From assembly GCA_015065045.1 (NCBI GenBank), contig SVRB01000001.1, positions 1 through 57,871 of the forward strand: a stretch of 57,871 nt of DNA, in the 5' to 3' direction. A program made the translations under genes and the position numbers. Below, one piece after another: positions 38,118-47,426 of the stretch. The notes beneath the pieces are model-generated. The model was not told the DNA's origin. It searched no databases and worked only from the letters and a program-made list of their open reading frames with translations. The DNA comes from Oscillospiraceae bacterium. Its GTDB lineage: Bacteria > Bacillota > Clostridia > Oscillospirales > CAG-272. How positions within the stretch are numbered: the first letter of the stretch is position 1; every line of letters starts with the position of its first letter.

Positions 38118-39914
38118 ATGTTTTTCCCAAAATTAAAACCCTATAAACTTTCAGAAAACACAATTTCAACATTTGGTGGTATTGATAAAAATGCTGTAGG
38201 TATTGAAAATCTCTTCTTTGATACGCAAAACACAACCTCAGCAAACTTCCCTCTTGTTTCAACAAGAGAAAAAAGGGTAACTCTTACCACACTGAACAAC
38301 GTCCCCTCTGCCCTTCACACAACCAACGGCATTACCTTTGTTCTCGGAAGTTCGCTGTATTATAACAACGTACTTCAATTCTCCGGACTTGACACCACCA
38401 GCAAAAAGCAAATTGTGTCAATGGGAAGCAATATTATTGTTTTCCCTGACAACTATTATATTGACACAATGACACTTAACGAAAACGGTGTCTGTAAAGA
38501 AAAGGGATACCTTAATTGCCTGACATCCTTTAATCAAGTCGATATATGTGTTTATCCTTGCATACTTGGTATGTCTTACCCCTTTATCAGTGATACACAG
38601 CCCCAAAATCCTACTGACAGTATGCTTTGGCTTGATATTTCCTCAATCCCCAATAAAATGTTTATATACTCGTCGCAATCTAACACCTGGAGTGATATTG
38701 TCCCTACGCATATCTGCATAATGGCAGACCATATACATGAAGGTATTAAAGTTGGTGATGGAGTTGAAATCAGGGGTATTGGGGACGGAATTGACGGTCA
38801 GCATATAATTGCGGGCGTTGAAGAAAGTATAATATATATTTCCGGATATATTGATAGATACACTGAAATTTCATTGGGGACTAAAGAATCTTACTCCATT
38901 GAACGCTCGGTTCCCGTTATGGACTTTGTTTGCGAACATCAAAACAGACTGTTTGGGTGCCGTTACGGACTTAACAAACAAGGTGAGTTTGTTAATGAAA
39001 TATACGCTTCAAAGTTGGGAGACCCAACAAACTGGAACGTATATCAGGGATTATCTACCGACAGCTATTCAGCTTCATGCGGAAGCGAGGGTGAGTTTAC
39101 GGGTATTGCTTCATATATGGGCAATGTTCTTTTCTTTAAAGAAAACAGTATCCACCGTTTGCACGGCACCAAACCATCAAACTTTACCCTTTATAATGAT
39201 AATTATCCCGGAATTAAAAAAGGCTCTTACCCCTCTCTATGTATCTGCAACGGTTCTCTGTTCTACCATTCCAACGAAGGTATCTATTCATATTCGGGAA
39301 GCTCTCCCGTATTTATCTCAAGAGCCTTGGGGTTTGATAAATTTACAGATGCTGTCGCTTCAGTTGGCAAAAATATGTACTTTGTTTGCATGACTGATAA
39401 AAACCAAAACAGGCAATTATACGTTTATGATTTTATTAGAGAAATATGGCACAGACACGATAGCTCAAATTATTTATTCCTTTCAAAATATGATAACAAT
39501 ATTTTGGGCATTAAGCGTTTTGAAAACAAATATACGCTTGAACTTTTATTCTCATCGGAAATCCCTGAAAAATGTCAATCATTTTTCTCAAGCTCAATGA
39601 AAATTGAAAATAATTTTGATTGGTATGCAGAAAGCGGACTTATCGGGCTTTCATTTGATGATTGTAAATATCTAAACAAGCTTAAAGTTCGTGTTGAAAT
39701 AGATAAGGATAGCTCGTTTTCTATCTATGTACAAACTGACTCGGAACAGAATTGGGAGCTGTTCGAAACTTTGACAACCACTAAGCTTACCTCTAGAACA
39801 CTGCATATTCTTCCTCCTCGATGCGACCATTTCAGGCTGAAATTTGCAGGAAAAGGAAACTTCAAGCTATACTCTATAACTAAAGTTATTGAAAATGCAG
39901 GAGAGGTGGTATAA
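38118..39914 (+). CDS. large phage structural protein, beta-propeller-like
   Basis: 598 aa behind AGGGGGTG. Repeated strand-turn segments such as GNVLFFKENSIHRL, NGSLFYHSNEGIYSY and KNMYFVCMTD suggest a propeller. Family unknown. Confidence 0.55.
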   Translation: MFFPKLKPYKLSENTISTFGGIDKNAVGIENLFFDTQNTTSANFPLVSTREKRVTLTTLNNVPSALHTTNGITFVLGSSLYYNNVLQFSGLDTTSKKQIVSMGSNIIVFPDNYYIDTMTLNENGVCKEKGYLNCLTSFNQVDICVYPCILGMSYPFISDTQPQNPTDSMLWLDISSIPNKMFIYSSQSNTWSDIVPTHICIMADHIHEGIKVGDGVEIRGIGDGIDGQHIIAGVEESIIYISGYIDRYTEISLGTKESYSIERSVPVMDFVCEHQNRLFGCRYGLNKQGEFVNEIYASKLGDPTNWNVYQGLSTDSYSASCGSEGEFTGIASYMGNVLFFKENSIHRLHGTKPSNFTLYNDNYPGIKKGSYPSLCICNGSLFYHSNEGIYSYSGSSPVFISRALGFDKFTDAVASVGKNMYFVCMTDKNQNRQLYVYDFIREIWHRHDSSNYLFLSKYDNNILGIKRFENKYTLELLFSSEIPEKCQSFFSSSMKIENNFDWYAESGLIGLSFDDCKYLNKLKVRVEIDKDSSFSIYVQTDSEQNWELFETLTTTKLTSRTLHILPPRCDHFRLKFAGKGNFKLYSITKVIENAGEVV

Positions 39915-40837
39915 TGCAGCTCAATATCACACTCCCCTCTCTTTCGGATATTTCCGACAAGCAAAATTATAATAAAATTAAAGGTTATCTTGAAACACTA
40001 CATAATCAGCTTCAATATATGATGGTGAATATTGAAGACGATAATCTCTCTGATAATCTATCAGACACAATAAACACGGCATATCAAACAGCAAACCTCA
40101 CAAAAGAAACAACTGTCTTACTTGATGATAAATTATCAAAAGTCAGCCAAACAGCTGACAAAATCAACTGGCTTATACAAGACTCAAATTCATCAACCGA
40201 CTTTTCTCTTACGAGTTATGCCGCATCGTTAATTTCTGATACTATCAATATAACCGGTTACGTAAAATTCTCTGATCTCGAAAAATCAGGAAACACAACC
40301 ATCAACGGAAGCAATATAAAAACCGGCTCTATTTCCGCAGACAAGCTTTCTGTAAACGACCTATCCGCGTTGTCCGTCAGAATAGGTGGTTGGTATCTTT
40401 CTCCAACCTCCATCTCAAGTAACTTGAACGGCATGGGTTCTATCTTTTTTAATTCAGCCGAATCAGAGGATAATTACTGGATCAAAGCCTATGACGTTTT
40501 CGGTGATGTATCATTTTCTATTTCAAAAGACGGTACCTGCTTTATGAATGGCGATTATATTGCCAACGGCACTGTTTCTGCCGACAAAATCACAACAGAT
40601 TCAAACAAAAGACTTGATCTTTTGAATAATTATATGGGAACAAGAATCGGTAAAGAGCTCTGTATTTCTTCGCCTGATATAAATTGCCGACTTTTTATTA
40701 ACAACGCTAACATACTCACCTTTGATACAGGCACCGGAAACAGCGCTTTCTCTTTTGCTTTAAACAGAAACGGCTCGTCATACAGTTTATCTGTTCTTAA
40801 TGGATCCGGAACTGTTGTAGGTACGATAAATCTATAA
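39914..40837 (+). CDS. tail fibre / receptor-binding-like protein
   Basis: 307 aa. It has an N-terminal coiled-coil and the motif INGSNIKTGSISADKLSVNDL, typical of Firmicute phage tail fibre proteins. The start overlaps the preceding stop. Confidence 0.6.
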   Translation: MQLNITLPSLSDISDKQNYNKIKGYLETLHNQLQYMMVNIEDDNLSDNLSDTINTAYQTANLTKETTVLLDDKLSKVSQTADKINWLIQDSNSSTDFSLTSYAASLISDTINITGYVKFSDLEKSGNTTINGSNIKTGSISADKLSVNDLSALSVRIGGWYLSPTSISSNLNGMGSIFFNSAESEDNYWIKAYDVFGDVSFSISKDGTCFMNGDYIANGTVSADKITTDSNKRLDLLNNYMGTRIGKELCISSPDINCRLFINNANILTFDTGTGNSAFSFALNRNGSSYSLSVLNGSGTVVGTINL

Positions 40838-40859
40838 TTTAAACCATCAGGAGCGTCAT

Positions 40860-41240
40860 ATGAAATTAAAAAACAAAGACATTCTAAAATCGGTAAACTC
40901 TTTAAAATATCTATATGAAAAAGATAATATTCCCTTTTCTGCTGCCCTTGCAATCAGCGATAACATCTTATTGATTGATAAATTCTTAAGTAAATATTTT
41001 TTACAAAAAGAAGAAATAGACAATAAGCATCTCACCAAAGGCTCTGATAATACCGATACGCAAAGCACTGAAAAGTCATCTATCATCTACGGCCATGAGG
41101 AAGATTATCTCAAAGAAATTACAGAATTAAATGAAAAGATTATCGATATAAATATTAAAAAAATTTCTCCTAAAGAATTATTTAATATTTCCTTTTCTCC
41201 CAAATATATTGAAGGAATTTCATTTATGCTCGATAAATAA
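40860..41240 (+). CDS. hypothetical phage protein
   Basis: 126 aa behind AGGAG. No motif was recognised. Confidence 0.5.
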   Translation: MKLKNKDILKSVNSLKYLYEKDNIPFSAALAISDNILLIDKFLSKYFLQKEEIDNKHLTKGSDNTDTQSTEKSSIIYGHEEDYLKEITELNEKIIDINIKKISPKELFNISFSPKYIEGISFMLDK

Positions 41241-41263
41241 TTATTTGATAAAGAGGTGATATT

Positions 41264-42175
41264 TTGTCAAACGCTTATAACTTAACAAACAAATATAAAG
41301 AAAGTAAAAAAGTCAAAGATGCCTTTGAAAAATATAATACGTACAAAAACACAAATAAGCCCAACGACTATTCTTATTCCGACTCTGAACTTTTATCAAA
41401 AACGCAGGATAAGTATTTCAATTACGGTGATTTTTCCTACGATGCCTCAAATGACCCTGCGTATATTCAATATAAGCAGATATATCAGTCAAACGGCAAA
41501 AAGGCTATGGAAGATACTGTCGGTAACGTATCTTCTCTTACAAGTGGATATGGTAATTCATACGCTTTGACAGCAGGTATGAATTCATATAATCAGTATA
41601 TGGAACAGCTGAACGAAGTCATTCCCGAACTCTACTCTGCAGCCTATTCCCGTTACGAATCCGAGCTTGACAGACTTGAAAACAAGCTTAGTTATTTGTC
41701 AAACAAGGATAAAACCGAGTACGATAGATATTTGGATCAATACGACATTTATTCCAGCGAAGTCGATTCACTGCGCGATCTTTACCTAAATGAATATAAA
41801 AACGATATTGCTATTCAGGAAGGCGAATGGGAAGATGCCTATAAATATTATTCGGCAAACCTTGATAAAGAAATGTTTGACAGCGAGCTTGCATACAAAA
41901 AAGAAGCTGACGCTACTGACAACTTTTATCGTTTCTATGATCTTTTGCTTGATGCAAGCAAAAACTCTCAAGCTATAGCAGAATCCAAAAACAACAATAA
42001 AGAAACGTTGCGCGAAGATGAAATATATGTAATTCTTGGCAAATACGGAGAGTATGATGCATTGGCAGCTCTTGATATGAACTATGACAGTGATGAAATG
42101 GTCAGAAACAAAGCTCTCGCTATGGGTATAGAAAAATCATATGTCGATGCTTATTTTGATGCAAAGAAAAAGTAA
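41264..42175 (+). CDS. hypothetical phage protein (Y/N/D-rich)
   Basis: 303 aa with a TTG start 3 nt after GAGGTGAT. No motif was recognised. Confidence 0.5.
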   Translation: MSNAYNLTNKYKESKKVKDAFEKYNTYKNTNKPNDYSYSDSELLSKTQDKYFNYGDFSYDASNDPAYIQYKQIYQSNGKKAMEDTVGNVSSLTSGYGNSYALTAGMNSYNQYMEQLNEVIPELYSAAYSRYESELDRLENKLSYLSNKDKTEYDRYLDQYDIYSSEVDSLRDLYLNEYKNDIAIQEGEWEDAYKYYSANLDKEMFDSELAYKKEADATDNFYRFYDLLLDASKNSQAIAESKNNNKETLREDEIYVILGKYGEYDALAALDMNYDSDEMVRNKALAMGIEKSYVDAYFDAKKK

Positions 42176-42224
42176 CAAAATATCAAGCAAAACACTATAA
42201 TATAATGATATACAGGAGACTGAT

Positions 42225-42305
42225 ATGGCATATACATACAACAAAAACAATAAAACAACAAAACGACATTCCTTTATACCTTATTCGATCGAGGTGATCA
42301 TATGA
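42225..42305 (+). CDS. candidate 26-aa micro-ORF coupled to the lysis cassette
   Basis: My own reading gives ATG at 42225 behind CAGGAGAC and the peptide MAYTYNKNNKTTKRHSFIPYSIEVII. Its stop overlaps the next ATG as ATGA. It is not in the ORF track because it is too short. Confidence 0.3.
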   Translation: MAYTYNKNNKTTKRHSFIPYSIEVII

Positions 42306-42544
42306 ATCCCGAGCTCTTTATGTCACTTACCGGTGTTTTAGGAAGCTTTTTAGGCACACTTGCCGGTATAATGATCAACTCAAAGCTGATGAATTACAGA
42401 ATCGAACAGCTCGAAAAAAAGGTTGACAAACATAACAAGGTTATTGACCGTGTTTACAGCCTCGAAAAACACACCGCAATCATCGACGAAGATATCAAGG
42501 TTGTTAATCACCGTATATCCGACCTTGAATTATATCACAAATAA
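42302..42544 (+). CDS. small N-terminal-TM / coiled-coil protein of the lysis cassette
   Basis: 80 aa with one TM segment (LTGVLGSFLGTLAGIMI) followed by a heptad-like helix. It lies directly upstream of the holin. Confidence 0.55.
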   Translation: MNPELFMSLTGVLGSFLGTLAGIMINSKLMNYRIEQLEKKVDKHNKVIDRVYSLEKHTAIIDEDIKVVNHRISDLELYHK

Positions 42545-42566
42545 CTTTTTGAAAGGTGTTGTCTAT

Positions 42567-42800
42567 ATGAAAATAAATTGGAAAAGAAAGCTTACAAGCA
42601 GAAAATTTTGGATGGCTATAGTGGGGTTCACTACTCCGCTCATGATTGCTTTTGGCATTTCTAAAGATACCGCTTCTCAGGTTGCCGGAATAATTATGTC
42701 AGGAGCTTCCTGTATTGCATACATACTTGGAGAAGGCCTTGTGGATGCGGAAAATCTCTCTAATTCAAATTACACGCATATGACTGATTTTAAAGAATAA
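42567..42800 (+). CDS. holin (phi LC3-like family)
   Basis: The start is set at the ATG at 42567 behind GAAAGGTG. MKINWKRKLTSRKFWMAIVGFTTPLMIAFG plus a second TM segment matches the INWK...FW pattern of phi LC3-type holins. Confidence 0.7.
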   Translation: MKINWKRKLTSRKFWMAIVGFTTPLMIAFGISKDTASQVAGIIMSGASCIAYILGEGLVDAENLSNSNYTHMTDFKE

Positions 42801-42816
42801 AAAGGAGTAGATTCAG

Positions 42817-43857
42817 ATGAAAAAATTTGGAATAGACATCTCCAGATGGCAGGGAGATTTTAACTTGTCCGCCGCTGTCAAAGAAGGTGTTTCATTCATT
42901 ATCTTAAAAGGCGGAGGAGGAGATGACGGCCTATATACAGATAGCAAATTCGAAGAAAATTACAATACCTCCAAAAAACTTAATATCCCCGTTGGAGTAT
43001 ATTGGTTCAGCAAAGCCGTTACCACGGAGGATGCAATCTCTGAAGCTGATTACTTTTTTAAAAACATTCTTCAGTCCAGACAGTTTGAGCTTCCTGTTTT
43101 TATCGACGTTGAGCATGAAGAAATGCTCAGCTTAAATAAAGACAAGGTTACCGACATCATAAAAAGCTGGTGTAGTTACCTCGAAAATAAAGGATACTGG
43201 GTAGGTATATACTCAAGCGTATATGCTTTCTCAAAGCATATGAATGACAAAGAGCTTGAAAAATATACACACTGGGTCGCTCAATGGTCTAAAGAGTGTA
43301 CATACAAAAACAAAGACATTTTGGGCTTTTGGCAGTTCGGCGGAGACACAAACCTCTTACGCTCAAATACGATTGCAGGAGTTGTATGCGACCAAAACTA
43401 TATGTATTCTGATTTTCCAAAGCTGATCAAAGAAAAAAACCTTAACGGCTTTTCAGATTTATCGCAAAATGCCCCCCCTGTTTCAGCAACGCCCCGCAAA
43501 TCGGTAGGAGAGCTTGTACAGGAAGTTATTGCAGGAAAATGGGGTAATGGTAATGACAGAAAAAACAAGCTTACCGATGCAGGTTATGACTACAACGAGG
43601 TTCAATCGGCTGTTGACGCTTTTCTTTCTAAGAAAACATCTCCCTCTAAGAACAACGTTATTAAAGGCGGCGATCTTGTCAGGTTATCAGCCGATGCGGT
43701 AATTTACGGTACAAACAGTAAATTTGCTGACTTTGTTTATAAAAATTTACTCTATGTCAGAGAATTAAACAACAACAGAGCGGTAATTTCCACAGTTCCC
43801 GATGGCCCCATCACCGGTGCCGTTGATGTTAAATATTTAACCAAACACAATCCGTAA
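42817..43857 (+). CDS. endolysin: GH25 muramidase + CW_7 (Cpl-7-like) + C-terminal SH3-like binding region
   Basis: 346 aa. FGIDISRWQG matches GH25, and GKWGNGNDRKNKLTDAGYDYNEVQSAVD matches CW_7. Confidence 0.9.
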   Translation: MKKFGIDISRWQGDFNLSAAVKEGVSFIILKGGGGDDGLYTDSKFEENYNTSKKLNIPVGVYWFSKAVTTEDAISEADYFFKNILQSRQFELPVFIDVEHEEMLSLNKDKVTDIIKSWCSYLENKGYWVGIYSSVYAFSKHMNDKELEKYTHWVAQWSKECTYKNKDILGFWQFGGDTNLLRSNTIAGVVCDQNYMYSDFPKLIKEKNLNGFSDLSQNAPPVSATPRKSVGELVQEVIAGKWGNGNDRKNKLTDAGYDYNEVQSAVDAFLSKKTSPSKNNVIKGGDLVRLSADAVIYGTNSKFADFVYKNLLYVRELNNNRAVISTVPDGPITGAVDVKYLTKHNP

Positions 43858-43860
43858 AAC

Positions 43861-43902
43861 AAAATCTCCCGAACACACATAACTGTTCGGGAGATTTTTA
43901 TT
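43861..43902. terminator. bidirectional terminator (endolysin / CapD-like gene)
   Basis: The hairpin is AAATCTCCCGAACA-cacataac-TGTTCGGGAGATTT, followed by TTTATTTTATTTTT. Confidence 0.85.
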
Positions 43903-45780
43903 TTATTTTTGAATTATGTAAGTCGGCACGATCTGCTTAACAAGCGAACGTATATCAAACGTATCATCCTTCATACACTGTCTCATTTCATGAAGAACAG
44001 CAAAGAAGTATTCATCATCCATCTCTATAGGTTTGCCTATATGGATAAGCTCGTTATCTGTTGCCTCAAGGCCCTCTTCACTCATAAGCAATTCTTCATA
44101 CAATTTTTCACCCGGACGAAGCCCTGTGAAAACTATATTTATATCCTTATACGGCTCAAATCCGGATAAACGAATAAGATTCTCTGCAAGATCCAATATT
44201 CTTACCGGCAATCCCATATCCAATACAAATATTTCGCCACCCTTTGCTGATGCCCCTGCCTGTAAAACAAGCGAAACAGCTTCGGGTATTGTCATAAAAT
44301 ATCTGATTATATCGGGATGGGTTACTGTTATTGGTCCGCCTGACTTAATCTGTTTCTTAAACAAAGGAATAACCGAGCCGTTACTGCCGAGAACGTTTCC
44401 GAATCTTACGGCAACAAACTCTGTCTTTGAATATTTGTCAAATGCCTGAACAAGCATTTCACAAATACGCTTACTTGCGCCCATAATATTTGTCGGGTTA
44501 ACAGCCTTGTCTGTCGAGATCATAACAAATCTCTTTACCTGGTATTTATCCGCCATCTGAACCACGTTAAGTGTACCAAAAACGTTATTCTTTATAGCCT
44601 CGTTAGGACTATCCTCCATAAGAGGAACGTGTTTATGAGCAGCTGCATGGTATACGATCTCAGGTCTGTATTTCTCAAAAACCATATCCATTCTCTGATT
44701 ATCTCTGACTGATCCTATCAAAACCACCAGATCAAGCATCGGATATGCTTGTCTTAACTCAAACTGGATATCGTAAGCATTGTTTTCGTATATGTCAAAT
44801 ATAATAAGCTGCTTAGGATTATATGCAGCGATCTGTCGGCAAAGCTCACTACCGATCGAACCACCGCCGCCTGTAACCATAACGACCTTTCCGCTAACAT
44901 AGTTCATCACAGAATCAAGATCGATTCTTATTGAATCTCTACCCAAAAGGTCCTCTATCTCTACGTCTCTGATCTGCTTTACATATTCATCTAAATCATT
45001 TGATTTATCCATCATTTGATTTAATGAAGGCATAGTCTTCACAACGCATCCGGTTTTTGCACATATATCAAGTATTTCAGTCTTATCCTTTTGATTACAC
45101 GACGGAATTGCAAATATAATATTTTTAATATCATATTTTTTCACGTTGCTCTCAATAGCATATCTGTTTCCGACAATACATACACCGTTCAAATACATAC
45201 CGTGCTTTGACTTGTCATCATCAATAATGCACTTGAAATTATATATATTATCCTTATACTTTTGAATATGGGCCATAAGCAGGTTACATGCGTCTCCTGC
45301 TCCGATGATCATCGTATTATTATCCGTATTGGGTTTATCGCTGGAATAAACCATTACCCTCTTGTTCTTATGCTCAACAATGTAAATAATAATACGCGAT
45401 ATGGAAATAAGTAATGTAGCAATTATTCCTGCAGATATATGAATCTTCAAATAATCACTCAAGACCAATACGTTACCTACAGAAAGTCCCACTGATATAT
45501 GGATCACGTACGATATCATTTGGGAGAAAAACAAAGCTAATATAAGCTTCATGATCTCCTGAAGCGTAGCGTAATACCACATAATCTTATACGTGTTCAA
45601 TACGTATAACATTACTGCATAAGATACTGCCTGAACAATAACTCCTGATGAAGATACGAAGAAATTCTCAACAGTAAAATTCAAACTTTTTACCAGTATT
45701 ACTGAAAAGGCAAGAGATACTATGGCAACAATTACATCAAATATTCTTAAAATATATGGTTTCCACTTGCTTATACGCAA
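43903..45780 (-). CDS. membrane-anchored polysaccharide biosynthesis protein, CapD/PglF-like nucleotide-sugar 4,6-dehydratase
   Basis: 625 aa with four N-terminal TM segments, the Rossmann motif VTGGGGSIGSEL and the catalytic region YHAAAHKHVP...STDKAVNPTNIMGASKR. Confidence 0.85.
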   Translation of the reverse strand: MRISKWKPYILRIFDVIVAIVSLAFSVILVKSLNFTVENFFVSSSGVIVQAVSYAVMLYVLNTYKIMWYYATLQEIMKLILALFFSQMISYVIHISVGLSVGNVLVLSDYLKIHISAGIIATLLISISRIIIYIVEHKNKRVMVYSSDKPNTDNNTMIIGAGDACNLLMAHIQKYKDNIYNFKCIIDDDKSKHGMYLNGVCIVGNRYAIESNVKKYDIKNIIFAIPSCNQKDKTEILDICAKTGCVVKTMPSLNQMMDKSNDLDEYVKQIRDVEIEDLLGRDSIRIDLDSVMNYVSGKVVMVTGGGGSIGSELCRQIAAYNPKQLIIFDIYENNAYDIQFELRQAYPMLDLVVLIGSVRDNQRMDMVFEKYRPEIVYHAAAHKHVPLMEDSPNEAIKNNVFGTLNVVQMADKYQVKRFVMISTDKAVNPTNIMGASKRICEMLVQAFDKYSKTEFVAVRFGNVLGSNGSVIPLFKKQIKSGGPITVTHPDIIRYFMTIPEAVSLVLQAGASAKGGEIFVLDMGLPVRILDLAENLIRLSGFEPYKDINIVFTGLRPGEKLYEELLMSEEGLEATDNELIHIGKPIEMDDEYFFAVLHEMRQCMKDDTFDIRSLVKQIVPTYIIQK

Positions 45781-45808
45781 TTATATCCCTCACTTTTTTT
45801 AAAATTTT

Positions 45809-47137
45809 TTATTTTACAAATTCCTCGTAGATCGCCTTCATTGCATTGTCAAGATCTTTTTCGTTTACGCCTACGATTATGTTCAATTCACTTGAACCTT
45901 GGTCAATCATTCTGAGGTTGATTCCCGCTTTTGCAATAGCATTAAACACTCTTGCAGCAGTACCTCTTTCGCCTACCATACCGCGTCCAACAACAGCCAA
46001 GAGGGCGAGATTATCTTCAATATAAATGCAATCGGGTTCAACCGCACGGCAAAGCTCGTTTACAAGCTCGTCGCGACATCTTTCAAGCTGACCTGTTCCG
46101 AGAACTACGCTCATCGTATCAATACCCGAAGGCAAATGCTCGAAAACCATACCGTGCTTTTCGAATACCTCAAGCACCTTTCTGCCAAATCCGATAGCAC
46201 TGTTCATCATATCCTGCTCGAGAGTAATTACAGAGAAATTCTTCTTACCTGCAATACCTGTAATAACGTGTTCTGTATCAACAACGTCTGTCTTAGGAAC
46301 AATAAGTGTACCGGGAGCATCGGGATCGTTTGTATTCTTGATCTGTACGGGAATACCTACTGTTCTTACGGGGAATATTGCGTCCTCGTGCAAAACTGTA
46401 GCGCCCATGTATGAAAGCTCACGAAGCTCTCTGTATGTAATAATTTCAATAGGCTTGGGATTTTCAACGATTCTGGGGTCAGCCATAAGGAATCCAGATA
46501 CGTCTGTCCAGTTTTCGTACAAGTCAGCATCACACGCTCTTGCTACGATAGAACCTGTTATGTCAGATCCGCCTCTTGAGAAAGTTCTGATAGTACCGTC
46601 GGGGTTAGAACCGTAGAAACCGGGAATAACTGCCTTGTCGTGTGTCTTGAGAAGGCCCTTAAGAACTGCATTTGTCTTATCTTCATCAAATCTGCCGTCT
46701 TCTTTAAAGAAAATAACGTCAGCAGCATCAATAAATTCATAGCCTAAGTAAGCAGCCAAAATTTTACCGTTGAGATATTCTCCGCGGCTTGCTGCATAGT
46801 CGCTGCCGGACTTATTCTTTATGTTCTTCTTAACAGTCTCGAACTCTTCTTCAAGAGAAAATTCTGTCATTCCGAGACCTTGGATTATTTCATTATATCT
46901 CTTCTTTATACCGTCAAAGTATACGTCAATGGATTCGTCCTTCTCAGCAAGTGCATTACACTTGTAAAGCATATCTGTAACCTTTACGTCATCCTTGTAA
47001 CGCTTACCGGGCGCTGACGGAACTACGTAACGTCTGTTTTCATCTGATAAAATTATGTCGGCAACCTTTTTGAACTGATTCGCATCGCTAAGCGAACTAC
47101 CACCGAATTTCACTGTTTTTACATGATCTCTGTTCAC
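45809..47137 (-). CDS. aspartate kinase
   Basis: 442 aa with VKFGGSSL, a kinase core and C-terminal ACT repeats (LLAVVGRGM...INLRMIDQGSSELNIIVGV). Confidence 0.85.
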   Translation of the reverse strand: MNRDHVKTVKFGGSSLSDANQFKKVADIILSDENRRYVVPSAPGKRYKDDVKVTDMLYKCNALAEKDESIDVYFDGIKKRYNEIIQGLGMTEFSLEEEFETVKKNIKNKSGSDYAASRGEYLNGKILAAYLGYEFIDAADVIFFKEDGRFDEDKTNAVLKGLLKTHDKAVIPGFYGSNPDGTIRTFSRGGSDITGSIVARACDADLYENWTDVSGFLMADPRIVENPKPIEIITYRELRELSYMGATVLHEDAIFPVRTVGIPVQIKNTNDPDAPGTLIVPKTDVVDTEHVITGIAGKKNFSVITLEQDMMNSAIGFGRKVLEVFEKHGMVFEHLPSGIDTMSVVLGTGQLERCRDELVNELCRAVEPDCIYIEDNLALLAVVGRGMVGERGTAARVFNAIAKAGINLRMIDQGSSELNIIVGVNEKDLDNAMKAIYEEFVK

Positions 47138-47426
47138 AATGATTTCTCCTCTTAACTAATACAAAATATACATTATATTATATTTCATTTTTTAACTTTT
47201 GTCAACACAAAAACCATCAAAATAACCAATATAAACACTATTATAAAGACAAATCAACCAAAATTTACAAACATACCGAGCAGGCATTAAGCTGCTTTTT
47301 TTTACAATGTGTATTTTTTTATTACTTTTATCATATATTTTTAAAAAACAAGAACAGAGTGATATTTTTTGGAAAAAGTTATATTTTATTTATTCTTTGT
47401 AATTATTCTTATGACGGTAGTGAAAT

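Larger units (their letters stand above)
31045..43902 (+). mobile_element. phage-derived head / short-tail / lysis gene cluster lacking integrase, lysogeny and replication modules (defective prophage or GTA-like locus)
   Basis: There are 15-16 co-oriented, tightly spaced ORFs in the order terS-terL-portal-scaffold-MCP-...-tail fibre-...-holin-endolysin. They are bounded by host gpsA on the left and by a strong terminator plus a host CapD-like gene on the right. Confidence 0.8.

Noticed and set aside
31045-43902. I searched the borders of the phage cluster for att-like direct repeats.
   Set aside because: I found no shared sequence of 10 nt or more between the left (31045-31148) and right (43858-43902) junctions by eye. 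The absence is reported in the finding and is not over-interpreted.
47138-47426. I looked for a lysine (L-box) riboswitch or T-box upstream of aspartate kinase, and I noticed a weak hairpin plus T8 at 47279-47303 on the plus strand.
   Set aside because: The leader is AT-rich with no conserved L-box-like or T-box-like helices that I can recognise. The hairpin has only about 5 bp and no upstream gene or promoter to terminate.
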